Shown here one piece after another: positions 47,073 through 55,487 of a stretch of DNA of 64,000 nt. The notes beneath the pieces were generated by a model. It ran no database searches. It had not been told where the DNA came from and saw only the letters and a list, made by a program, of their open reading frames with translations. The position numbers were made by a program, and so were the translations under genes. The stretch is from a virus. Location: the IMG/VR virus record IMGVR_UViG_3300020411_003715, positions 1-64,000 of that record; one strand, given 5' to 3'. Each line of letters begins with the position of its first letter. Within the stretch, counting starts at the first letter, position 1.

Positions 47073-48133
47073 TAGCATACCCCCTTCTTCAAAAGCTCTG
47101 GATCGGTCATGTAGCCAAAGGCACTTTCCTCTTCCTCATCATCAAAACCCTCATCGACATCGAACTCTTCGTCCGATTTATCGTCGGGGTTCCCAACGAG
47201 CGTGTAGTTGTGAACCTCTTCAAGCTCCTGCTCCACCTCCTCGGTAGACAGCTCTTTAGCGCACCACTTTCCGAAAAGCTGAACGGCCTCGTTAGAGTCA
47301 ATATCCCCCCCATCATAAGCGTCTTGGAGGTGTACCAACTCATCCGGGAACTTAATGTCCTGGTCGTCGTAGCGATACTCGTACCCCCGGGTAGTTACCT
47401 CTTCTTCCGGAGCCTCTTCCTCTTCAACATCGCTTTCCCACATCCACCGGTTTCCGTGGAGGACACGGCTTCCGTTTGTTACGATTGGGCGAGAAGACCG
47501 ACTCCAGTCGGAGTACCCTGAGTACCAAGACTTATTCTTACCGGCACGCTTCACGGACGTAAGTGTTTCCACAGTCCGGGCAGACCGTGTCACATATTTT
47601 TCCACCATCTCTTCACCCCACCCATCCGGGAGGATGTTGATCTGGTCGACTGACCATGTGCACCTTTCAAAGGTCTGCCTAAACGGCTTAAACATTTCTA
47701 CACGAACATTAAGCTCGCGCTTCTTGTTAGCGATGATGAAGATACCAACGTCACCGAGAAGCTCGTTACCAGCAATAGTCTCAATCCACTGCTCATCTAC
47801 ACCTGACTGGGATACCCCCATATTCACGTGGCTGTGGAAGTGGACAGCCCTCCGCTTCCCAGGGTTCTCCCAGCCCTCATCCTTCAAGGACATAAGCTGG
47901 TCTGTCAGACCATCTGAGTCCATCTCAGTGTACGTTCCTGTACACGATTGAGAGGAGGGTCTGAACTCTGAGATATAGAAGTCCTCCTTAACGCCTGCCT
48001 TTTTCTTGTCTTCGTTGGTAGCCAAAAACCCCATTGCACTAATTTCGATGTCGCACGCATCTACTAAGGCAAACATTTGCTGATACGCACGAGTAGTAAA
48101 CCTAACTGTTGGTTTCGTCGTTGTTTTGGACAT
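47072..48133 (-). CDS. JAB/MPN+ metalloprotease (deubiquitinase-like) with acidic C-terminal extension
   Basis: EISAMG (Glu) and HFHSHVNMGVSQSGVD (H-x-H-x7-S-x2-D JAMM motif). Confidence 0.88.
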   Translation of the reverse strand: MSKTTTKPTVRFTTRAYQQMFALVDACDIEISAMGFLATNEDKKKAGVKEDFYISEFRPSSQSCTGTYTEMDSDGLTDQLMSLKDEGWENPGKRRAVHFHSHVNMGVSQSGVDEQWIETIAGNELLGDVGIFIIANKKRELNVRVEMFKPFRQTFERCTWSVDQINILPDGWGEEMVEKYVTRSARTVETLTSVKRAGKNKSWYSGYSDWSRSSRPIVTNGSRVLHGNRWMWESDVEEEEAPEEEVTTRGYEYRYDDQDIKFPDELVHLQDAYDGGDIDSNEAVQLFGKWCAKELSTEEVEQELEEVHNYTLVGNPDDKSDEEFDVDEGFDDEEEESAFGYMTDPELLKKGVC

Positions 48134-49208
48134 TTGCTTCTTCTCCGTAAGTTTGGATTGTCTTTAATGCCTCTTCGGCCATACTTATAAACGGGACCAC
48201 CTCTGCCAGAACACACTGCCCATTCTTAGAGGAAGGGTGACTATTTCGGTGGTAGAGCATGCATTCTGAGTGCGTTAGTCCACACGCAGCCTTTTGCTGC
48301 TCTTCCGATTCCTTCGCACACTCCGGACAATTGAGCTTGAATTCGCTACTATGTCTTGGGCAGCTATGGTGATCCCATAGATTCTGGACACCCAAGTCCC
48401 TAAGCTTAATATAGGGGTCTGCGGGGTTATACGTACGAAGATATTCAGTCATTGTATAAATGACGTTTGCCACATCATAGGATCCCATATGCTCGATGAG
48501 CATACGCTCAACGTTTCCAAGACAGGGGTTACCCTCTGATTGAACGTGTGGATGGGCATACCCACGCACGCTAATATTATCCTCAAAAGGGATAACTTTG
48601 GCCTGGACTCTTCGATATCCGCCCGAGTAGTAAAACAAGACCGACACCTCGAACCTACCGAAAGAGTTAGGGAAGGACTCGGGCTTGAAACGCCTCTTTA
48701 TGTAGATGTCGTTAGTGAACCACTTTAGCGTAGTTCTTTTCTCCGCCTCATCATGACTAAACACAACAGGCTTTGTCCTATCTACATACTCCATAACGGA
48801 GCTGAGCATGAATGCCCTATTTTCTATTGATTGCTCAGTATAAAGCTCTTCGTGACGATTCCCGTAGGCCGCACTTTCATTAAGTTCTCTTTGAAGCTCG
48901 TCGCGAGTTGTTTTTACCTTGTAGAGAACATCTTGGTTGTTCATCAACTTACGTCTAGCGTCTGCCCAAGATTTCTTTCTCTTCTCAAGTCTTGCCCTGG
49001 CCAGATCAACAGACTTAGCTGTTTCCTCTAGAACTCTTGAGCGCTTGTTGAACTTTTCCTCTGCTGCTGAAATCTTGCTTGATAACTTTTTGATCTCTGA
49101 CTCAAGGGCTTGAATCTGTGCCTGATTTCTCTCACCAGAGGTCGCAACTATATTAGAAAGTAATTCTTTAATTTCCTGATCGCCCCGAAGCTCGATTGCG
49201 ATATCCAT
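48102..49208 (-). CDS. E2-like (UBC-fold) protein with N-terminal coiled coil and C-terminal Cys/His cluster
   Basis: FGRFEV...YAHPHVQSEGNPCLGN matches the UBC HPN..G.ICL signature; start reset to MDIAIE (AGGAGG SD). Confidence 0.8.
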   Translation of the reverse strand: MDIAIELRGDQEIKELLSNIVATSGERNQAQIQALESEIKKLSSKISAAEEKFNKRSRVLEETAKSVDLARARLEKRKKSWADARRKLMNNQDVLYKVKTTRDELQRELNESAAYGNRHEELYTEQSIENRAFMLSSVMEYVDRTKPVVFSHDEAEKRTTLKWFTNDIYIKRRFKPESFPNSFGRFEVSVLFYYSGGYRRVQAKVIPFEDNISVRGYAHPHVQSEGNPCLGNVERMLIEHMGSYDVANVIYTMTEYLRTYNPADPYIKLRDLGVQNLWDHHSCPRHSSEFKLNCPECAKESEEQQKAACGLTHSECMLYHRNSHPSSKNGQCVLAEVVPFISMAEEALKTIQTYGEEANVQNNDETNS

Positions 49209-49224
49209 GCTTCCTCCTGGTAAC

Positions 49225-49260
49225 AAAAAAGGGGCGAAGTCAAAAAGACTCCGCCCCTCT
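49225..49260 (-). terminator. Intrinsic terminator between the Ubl and E2 genes
   Basis: Minus strand stem GGGGCGGAGTC/GACTTCGCCCC followed by six T. Confidence 0.8.
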
Positions 49261-49285
49261 TAGTGGGTCTATGTTTGCTGTGTAT

Positions 49286-49738
49286 TTAGCAGGCGTTGCC
49301 GCCGGCCACTTTGCCCGAGATGAAGATCTCATGCTCACCACTACCAAGCTTTTCGTTGATATTGGTGATCTCTACCGTCTGACCTGGGCCGACGCGCTTC
49401 TTAAAGGTAAAACCATCAACAGCCCAATCAAGGGTTACCATCAGGTCTGCCAATGATGTGTCAGCAGGAACCTGGACGCACCGGTCACTCTTACCGCTTC
49501 GGATGAGAGAGACCACAGCGTTAGTATCGCTGTCTACAGGCGTAGCGACCTGGACGTTCAACTTAGCGGCTTCGGCAGCCTCGATTGCCGCCTTGCTGTC
49601 TGACACCATCTTCTGGAGCGCGGAAAGGCGATCCATATCCTGCTGGCAGAAATCATCGGCCATGGACTTAAGGTGGTCATCTCGCTGAGTAACAGCCTGT
49701 GCAAGCTCTTCTTTGAGTCGTGCTAGATTATCCGACAT
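49286..49738 (-). CDS. Ubiquitin-like (beta-grasp) protein with N-terminal coiled coil, ending GKVAGG-NAC
   Basis: Start MSDNL (GAGGAG SD); C-terminal ~75 aa VVSLIRSG..VQVP..TSLADL...HEIFISGKVAGG followed by a 3-residue extension. Confidence 0.78.
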   Translation of the reverse strand: MSDNLARLKEELAQAVTQRDDHLKSMADDFCQQDMDRLSALQKMVSDSKAAIEAAEAAKLNVQVATPVDSDTNAVVSLIRSGKSDRCVQVPADTSLADLMVTLDWAVDGFTFKKRVGPGQTVEITNINEKLGSGEHEIFISGKVAGGNAC

Positions 49739-50087
49739 TAACATTCTCCTCTTCTTCCCAGGAATATCCCGGAAAGGTTTCTTCAATCTTTTTCGTTAGT
49801 TCTTCTAGATTTCCTCCCGACCACCAGATTACCGATTTCTGGTCGAAGTCAACGCGCATAGCTCCGCCTTTTGATAGGTCGGGCTCTTCGCTAGCGTTCT
49901 TGTTTTCTGTTGTGGCAGAGGCTGAGAATTCTAGGCATTTAACGCCCCCTGCTACATTTGGTGCTGGACCAAAGTAGGCGGTGACGTACCATCCTTTGAA
50001 TTTTCTATTCTTTACTATCTTTTGTTTGCCGAGGACGGCGAACTGTTCTTCCATCTGATTGAGGTAATCAGAGCTTTGCTTATCCAT
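49728..50087 (-). CDS. Hypothetical protein upstream of Ubl
   Basis: 119 aa; GGAG SD; overlaps the Ubl start. Confidence 0.75.
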   Translation of the reverse strand: MDKQSSDYLNQMEEQFAVLGKQKIVKNRKFKGWYVTAYFGPAPNVAGGVKCLEFSASATTENKNASEEPDLSKGGAMRVDFDQKSVIWWSGGNLEELTKKIEETFPGYSWEEEENVNVG

Positions 50088-50139
50088 AACACTCCACGTA
50101 AGTTTTTTGACTACTGTGTTTGTGGAGATCTAGTGTGAT

Positions 50140-50742
50140 TCAGAGTGACAGTCTATTCTTTGAACGTTCGCGCTTAAGGAACCGTAGGTTTCTTTTGACG
50201 CTTCTGGAGTATCGGGCTGGTCGTCCACACTTTTTACAACGAGCCTCAGGGTTCTCAGCCAGCTTACACTTTTCAAGGCAGCGGGCTTTGACTTTTTCCC
50301 AACTAGGACCACCGTTGTAACAAGCGTATACCTTCTGCTTGCGACACCTCTTATATTTCTTTCGCATCAGCTGCATTATATGCACGCCCGCACGAACACT
50401 GTTTTCGACGGACATCATGTCCTTCTCACAGTCTTTTAAACCAAAGACTTTTTTCAGTCTTTTTCTGTGTATCCTGCAGTTCACCTGCATCAGGCCGTAG
50501 TCCCCAGTGTGACTAATCGCAGTTGGGGTAAGCCTTGACTCAACCAGGGCAATAGCTATGACTTCTAGTGGGTCCACACCCTCAGGGATATGGGGAACCA
50601 TCTGAGCAATAACCTTCATCTGTCGGTCAGAAATCTTTCGCGGGGGCTTCCGCCCACTACCGCTGTAACTCTGTCCGAGCGCAGTGCTCAAAATTGTAAG
50701 TAAGAAAAGGGACGTCAGTGATAGTATTAACTTAGTTTTCAA
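50140..50742 (-). CDS. Lytic transglycosylase (SLT domain) with N-terminal signal/anchor
   Basis: ALVESRL (catalytic Glu), YGLMQVN, CYNGG; hydrophobic N-terminus; the TTG start at 50742 with a GGAG SD is preferred over 50811. Confidence 0.85.
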   Translation of the reverse strand: MKTKLILSLTSLFLLTILSTALGQSYSGSGRKPPRKISDRQMKVIAQMVPHIPEGVDPLEVIAIALVESRLTPTAISHTGDYGLMQVNCRIHRKRLKKVFGLKDCEKDMMSVENSVRAGVHIMQLMRKKYKRCRKQKVYACYNGGPSWEKVKARCLEKCKLAENPEARCKKCGRPARYSRSVKRNLRFLKRERSKNRLSL

Positions 50743-51161
50743 AATCTTGTCTCCACGCTCGAAATTAAAATTGGACGGCCAACCGGGAGGCGCAGAGATT
50801 ACTCCCCACATCTCCCAGTTGTCCAGCCCTAAGGCCTTGTTTCGGCAGAAGGCTTGTCCTAGCCGGTCCTTGATTGTCTCCTCGGAGATCGAAGTCCCAT
50901 GAATATGCTTTGTCGATGTGTATAGGACCTAATCGGTCACGCACCACGTATCATATTCCGTCTTTCCGGGCTGTCATCCCGTCTCCACCCGTCTACACGG
51001 AAAACCGTGCAGGGAGCGACCGAACCGGGAGCGGTCGAGCGGTCCTAAACAGTTAACCTCAAGAAGCTCACGCGTAAGCTACTCGCTGCTAATAGTCTAG
51101 AAGCACTCAATAGTATTATACCCATACATTATTTATTTTTGCGCGGGCACAGAGGCTAGTA

Positions 51162-51278
51162 TTACTCACTAATAATGTATCCTCTGCGAGACGCGGGGCT
51201 CTCCCCGGTGACCGTAAGATACATAGCAAGCGCCATACAAATTGACGCGAGGGCAACTAACAAACGAACATTATTCAT
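51162..51278 (-). CDS. 38-aa single-TM peptide (MNNVRLLVALASICMALAMYLTV...)
   Basis: Below the ORF-track cutoff; GGAG SD; one hydrophobic helix. Confidence 0.5.
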   Translation of the reverse strand: MNNVRLLVALASICMALAMYLTVTGESPASRRGYIISE

Positions 51279-51289
51279 AAAAGCTCCGT

Positions 51290-51574
51290 TTAGTCTAGCA
51301 CGCGAAGCCCCTCGTTACTTGAGTAAGCATTCGCGAAATCCACAATGCTTGTCCCCACAGCATCACTGTAGTAGCTGCCATCTAGAGTGCATAGGTGCCT
51401 GTGGATAATCCTCGCTGCTTCGATTAATTCAAGGCTTTTTGGGTCGTAGGTTCTGGTAAAGAACCCGTGATCTTCTAGAGTATTAAAGAACGCCTTTGCC
51501 CGCTCCCTCTTTCCGTCTGGCAGATCCCCCAGGTGACCGTAGACCTCAAAGTCTCTTTCTACACTTTCACTCAT
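51290..51574 (-). CDS. Hypothetical protein
   Basis: 94 aa; coupled to the upstream gene. Confidence 0.7.
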   Translation of the reverse strand: MSESVERDFEVYGHLGDLPDGKRERAKAFFNTLEDHGFFTRTYDPKSLELIEAARIIHRHLCTLDGSYYSDAVGTSIVDFANAYSSNEGLRVLD

Positions 51575-52298
51575 TTTCTTTCTCCCATTCGCGCTCAGCT
51601 TCTTTTAACATTTCCAGGTCATCCTCGCAGAACGCGTATACAAGCCTCCCCGTAGAGGTCTCGTCATCAGGGGCCCCGTCTGATCCCCGAACAAGCTCCC
51701 CATTTATATATTCTTTAAATCCCGCAAAGAACATCCCTAGCTCAGAGTACTCAAGGGTGAACACTAGGTCTGGGTAGAGCAGCGACGTTTCAGCAACCCA
51801 ACCCTCTGGAGGACTCCATGCCGTTTCAAACGAAAACTCCCAGTAGGTATCTTCATCCATTCGGGCCGCTGGGAGGTAGTCATTATGTAGGTCATCTACA
51901 GACACGTCCCACTTAGTTCCCCAGTTTTCAACACACCAACTGTACCAAGTCAGATGGCCATGGGTGTCCATATTGTGTTTGTATTGATCCGCCTTTTCTT
52001 TGGAAAAGCCGCGACCCTCTTTGGAGAAGTAGTCGATCAACTTCTCTCTGCAGTCTGGGTCCTCTTTAGTGATGCCGGAGGCAAGGACGTCCGCCCAGCC
52101 AAAGATGTACGAAGGGATCTCCCCGTAGTATATGTGATACATAAGCTCCTCGCTCCCAGCACTTACGGAGGTAAGCTCTTCCGGGGGAGGGAAGGTTGCG
52201 GAGAATATCTCTCCGTGCTTTTTTATCTTAGAAACAAGAAGGGCCAGCGTCTTTGCTGGCCCTGAGATTTTCACATTGTTTGTGCACCAATTAGGCAT
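51567..52298 (-). CDS. DUF1281/YubB ferredoxin-like family protein
   Basis: MPNWCTN, WYSWCVENWGTKWD, FETAWSPP, YSELGMFFAG. Confidence 0.8.
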   Translation of the reverse strand: MPNWCTNNVKISGPAKTLALLVSKIKKHGEIFSATFPPPEELTSVSAGSEELMYHIYYGEIPSYIFGWADVLASGITKEDPDCREKLIDYFSKEGRGFSKEKADQYKHNMDTHGHLTWYSWCVENWGTKWDVSVDDLHNDYLPAARMDEDTYWEFSFETAWSPPEGWVAETSLLYPDLVFTLEYSELGMFFAGFKEYINGELVRGSDGAPDDETSTGRLVYAFCEDDLEMLKEAEREWEKENE

Positions 52299-52311
52299 AA
52301 GCCTCTCCTAG

Positions 52312-52566
52312 TTATGTTACTTCTTTGAACTTAATACTCCACAGCGTCTCCTGATCTCCCCCAGTAATATCTGAGATACGTATGCCATCATTATCTACGC
52401 TAACAACGATACGCTTGTTGTTTGTAGAGGACTCGCTTGGAAGAATATCTACCCGCTTACTATCGTGCGGCTTCCCGCTTTCACCCAGGTAGACTGTAAG
52501 AGGATTGTTTTCATAAGTACTCATTGAGAAATCCTTTAGTTGTGAAGGTCCACAGCCACAAGCCAC
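52312..52566 (-). CDS. Hypothetical protein
   Basis: 84 aa; true start is probably MSTYEN. Confidence 0.6.
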   Translation of the reverse strand: MACGCGPSQLKDFSMSTYENNPLTVYLGESGKPHDSKRVDILPSESSTNNKRIVVSVDNDGIRISDITGGDQETLWSIKFKEVT

Positions 52567-53144
52567 TGCATTTCTGGCTCTTCTTTACATCTAGCATCTA
52601 CTCCGTTGCGCCAAACCCCGCCTTCTTCCCCGTCCAGAAATGGGGTGTCATACGTGTAGTCACCTTTAACAATTCTACACAGCTGTTCCATAGTCCAGGC
52701 AGCCATACTTTTATCACCGAGCGCATCCGGAGTTCTTGGAACTCTCTCCATAGCCATCACGCGCTTAAACGCATCTGCGTACTTATCATTCATTTCGTTA
52801 TTTCTTGCGACGTATGCTTCTTTATCAGAGATTGGTAACCCAAATACGTTATCCGTATCGGATACGTCTTCTAGGCTTATGTGCCTTCCTGTGATTCTAT
52901 CTTTTAGGTCGTTAAAGGTGCGGTCCATTCTCTCAAAGACAGCATCGATCGTCGCGCCCCATAGCTCCGGATTATCGCTATACCTGAGGGTGTTTTTTCC
53001 ACCCAGAGCACCATTCCACCTACCTCCAACATCGAACCAGTCCCAAACCCGCCCTTGACCATAGGGCTCTAGGGCGCTTTCTGCTGCCAAGATGGCATCC
53101 TCTTCATCCTCTGCAACTACCGCAATAATGTGTAATGTGTGCAT
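52536..53144 (-). CDS. Phage hypothetical protein (WDWFDVGGRW motif)
   Basis: 202 aa; GGAG SD. Confidence 0.75.
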   Translation of the reverse strand: MHTLHIIAVVAEDEEDAILAAESALEPYGQGRVWDWFDVGGRWNGALGGKNTLRYSDNPELWGATIDAVFERMDRTFNDLKDRITGRHISLEDVSDTDNVFGLPISDKEAYVARNNEMNDKYADAFKRVMAMERVPRTPDALGDKSMAAWTMEQLCRIVKGDYTYDTPFLDGEEGGVWRNGVDARCKEEPEMQWLVAVDLHN

Positions 53145-53147
53145 AAA

Positions 53148-53300
53148 TTATTCTCCCGTTGTTGGGTACCACCGTGCGCAGGTCCTAAGGGCCTTGACGG
53201 CGGAAGCTATTTTTTCTTCGTCTGACCCCTCCGCTTTGCAGCAGAAGAGCAGGGCCTCTTTTATGGCCTCTATATGCTCCTTCCTGTTCAGGTTAAGCAT
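53148..53300 (-). CDS. 50-aa hypothetical protein (MLNLNRKEHIEAIKEALL...)
   Basis: Fills the gap between neighbours; below the ORF-track cutoff. Confidence 0.5.
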   Translation of the reverse strand: MLNLNRKEHIEAIKEALLFCCKAEGSDEEKIASAVKALRTCARWYPTTGE

Positions 53301-53320
53301 TGTTTCACTGTAGAAGTTAC

Positions 53321-53569
53321 TCACTTTTCCTCCACGACTATCACGTCAACTGGGTTGTGGGTCTCTATCCACACTTGGGCCCCACAACTTAAAGGTTTCT
53401 CAGGACGGTAAACAACACGCGCAACTTCGTTATCGTTGCTGTCGTACAGTATAGCCTCATGCCCGTAAACGTTCTGCTTGTAGGTTTTCACTGTAAGCAC
53501 GGGCTCACTTACCCCGTTCTTACGGTTGCTTTTTATTACATGCTGATTTACGTGTATGACCGTCTTCAA
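53321..53569 (-). CDS. Small phage hypothetical protein
   Basis: IHVNQHVIKSN...PVLTVK...PLSCGAQVWIET. Confidence 0.75.
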   Translation of the reverse strand: MKTVIHVNQHVIKSNRKNGVSEPVLTVKTYKQNVYGHEAILYDSNDNEVARVVYRPEKPLSCGAQVWIETHNPVDVIVVEEK

Positions 53570-53598
53570 CGCCTTAACCTTCCGGGCTTCAAACTTAT

Positions 53599-53675
53599 TG
53601 GCACCCCCTAGTGGACTCGAACCACTGACCCTCGGCTTAGAAGGCCGATGCTCTATCCAGCTGAGCTAAGGGGGC
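53599..53675 (-). tRNA. tRNA-Arg (UCU), CCA encoded
   Basis: GCCCCCTTAGCTCAGCTGGATAGAGC..CT-TCT-AA..GGTTCGAGTCC..GGGGGTGCCA cloverleaf. Confidence 0.95.
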
Positions 53676-53681
53676 TAAGTT

Positions 53682-54188
53682 TTATGAAGAGATCGCAGAT
53701 CTCGTTTTTGGGTTAGACAGGTCCAAGAACTTGACTTCGTTACTTAAGATCTTTGGCGTCCAACTTCCGTCAAGCTTCTCACTAAAAAAGCATAATGCAA
53801 CGTCTTTGCCACCTCGGTCCTTAAGCAGGTCAAAGGATCTCAGAAGAGCTGAGTCGTTAGACATGATAACGATTTTTTCGTGACTTGACATCGCCGCCAC
53901 AACTCCAAGCTCAACCGAAAAATTCGGCTTAGTGTTGAAGTCGTAAACGTTTAGCCCAACACCAAGTTCGCCCAGCCTTGTGAGAAACTTTGACTGAGAT
54001 TGGTTTTTGGGGTCAGCAATAGTGAAAGCCTGAATGTCTACTATCGATGTAGACGGATTATCACCGCTCTCAAACAACTCCGAAAAGGCTGTCGTTTTTA
54101 ACCAACCAACCAGCTTTTCGTAGTTTACGGTGATGTTCAGACCCCTTATCGCAAAATATAAAGAGCTGAGGTCGATACATACCAACAT
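53682..54188 (-). CDS. NYN/LabA (PIN-like) domain protein, possibly degenerate
   Basis: VCIDLSSL, IVIMSND, VALCFF layout of the NYN fold; some acidic catalytic residues appear substituted. Confidence 0.6.
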   Translation of the reverse strand: MLVCIDLSSLYFAIRGLNITVNYEKLVGWLKTTAFSELFESGDNPSTSIVDIQAFTIADPKNQSQSKFLTRLGELGVGLNVYDFNTKPNFSVELGVVAAMSSHEKIVIMSNDSALLRSFDLLKDRGGKDVALCFFSEKLDGSWTPKILSNEVKFLDLSNPKTRSAISS

Positions 54189-54229
54189 TAGTTTTTCCTC
54201 CTAGTACGATCAATAAAATTAATAATTTG

Positions 54230-54302
54230 TGAGCCGGGTGGGGTTCGAACCCACGACTTACGGATTAAAAGTCCGCTACTCTGCCAACTGAGTTACCGGC
54301 CC
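54230..54302 (-). tRNA. tRNA-Lys (UUU), CCA not encoded
   Basis: GGGCCGGTAACTCAGTTGGCAGAGT..CT-TTT-AA..GGTTCGAACCC..CCGGCTCA. Confidence 0.93.
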
Positions 54303-54340
54303 GATAGCGAATGGGGAGCAACAGGCCCCCCCATACGCTT

Positions 54341-54610
54341 TTACCCCGTTGTGAAGTTTATAGCTAGTTGTTGCTGAGGAGTTAACTCAAGCGTATAGGA
54401 CGAGCCGGAGGAAATGAGAGCATAAAGCTCATCTATTTCGAGGTTCGTATCTACTTGAGTATGGTCGCAAAGCGTTATCCTTCGGGCATTCTCGTAGTCC
54501 CTACTGGCATCCACACAAACAACAAAACTCGTTTCTATCAGAATGCTTTCTACGATTGGCTCATTAGCCAACCCCTTTTCGCCTACTATGGCGGGTATCT
54601 TTATCAGCAT
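54341..54610 (-). CDS. Hypothetical protein
   Basis: 89 aa; GGAGG SD. Confidence 0.7.
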   Translation of the reverse strand: MLIKIPAIVGEKGLANEPIVESILIETSFVVCVDASRDYENARRITLCDHTQVDTNLEIDELYALISSGSSYTLELTPQQQLAINFTTG

Positions 54611-55183
54611 CTATCCGCCTTCCTCGCTTACGAGTTGGATCACTTTTCCGCCTTCCCCTCTTCCGGCTTCGATCCAACTGTGGATAGCGTTTGCGATTGA
54701 GTTGTACTGGAAACCTCTACCCATCTTCGGCTCGAAGCTTACGTCCAGATCCCGTGCGAGAGCATGGATGACGTCTAGTCCGTAGACAGCCTCCATCTCC
54801 TCAACAACCTTACCGTCTTTCCATATAGATAGTTTTGGATCCCAAGAAGAGATCTCCTCAAAACCCTGCTCGATAAGACTAGAAAAGACACCTTCAATCA
54901 TGTCCTCTATCGAGAAATTATCCAACATCGTCTTCAACGTATCGCCTTCGGCATAGCAGGTTTCTGCATATTCTCGGGCAACACCTTGGGCGACCTCTAG
55001 CGCTCTGTGGTTGCAGGTCTTTTTGCTCTTGTGGATCGACTTTATCTGGTCGACCACCTCTTGGGGCAGACCTACCTCCAAGTAAGTTGACGCCTCGAAC
55101 AGCGTGTGTCCATCACCGACGCCAATGATCTCTTTGATTGTTTTCGTGGGCAGCTTTTTCGCCCAACCCTTTTCGGCAGCCAT
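54611..55183 (-). CDS. Hypothetical protein
   Basis: 190 aa; GGAGG SD. Confidence 0.75.
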   Translation of the reverse strand: MAAEKGWAKKLPTKTIKEIIGVGDGHTLFEASTYLEVGLPQEVVDQIKSIHKSKKTCNHRALEVAQGVAREYAETCYAEGDTLKTMLDNFSIEDMIEGVFSSLIEQGFEEISSWDPKLSIWKDGKVVEEMEAVYGLDVIHALARDLDVSFEPKMGRGFQYNSIANAIHSWIEAGRGEGGKVIQLVSEEGG

Positions 55184-55409
55184 AAGGCCCTCCTTCTGAA
55201 GTTATTTCATAATAATATTTGCCGTACGCGTTATGCCAACAGTACGGACAATGAGGTGTATCCAGCAGAAACACCTGTTTACAGTTCGAACATCTTGTTA
55301 CCAAGCTTATCTCTTTTGCTTGCAGACGTGGTAACCACACTTTGGGCAGGCCCTTATGGGCACCCCACGCTTTAACTTTGTTCGATACTTCTCGCCACAT
55401 TCGGGGCAA
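55113..55409 (-). CDS. Small Zn-ribbon protein
   Basis: CSNC...CPYC. Confidence 0.55.
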   Translation of the reverse strand: MPRMWREVSNKVKAWGAHKGLPKVWLPRLQAKEISLVTRCSNCKQVFLLDTPHCPYCWHNAYGKYYYEITSEGGPYGCRKGLGEKAAHENNQRDHWRR

Positions 55410-55487
55410 CTGATCGACACCACTTTTTTAGCCATAAGTTGGCGTAACCCTCCATAACCGAAATAAAAAATGAGACATCTGTTTAGC

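Noticed and set aside
50812-50990. Stop-codon reassignment or read-through at the TAG at 50929-50931, upstream of and in frame with the SLT gene
   Set aside because: The frame reads plausibly on both sides, but TAG ends many well-defined genes here and long ORFs are intact in code 11; a single case is insufficient.
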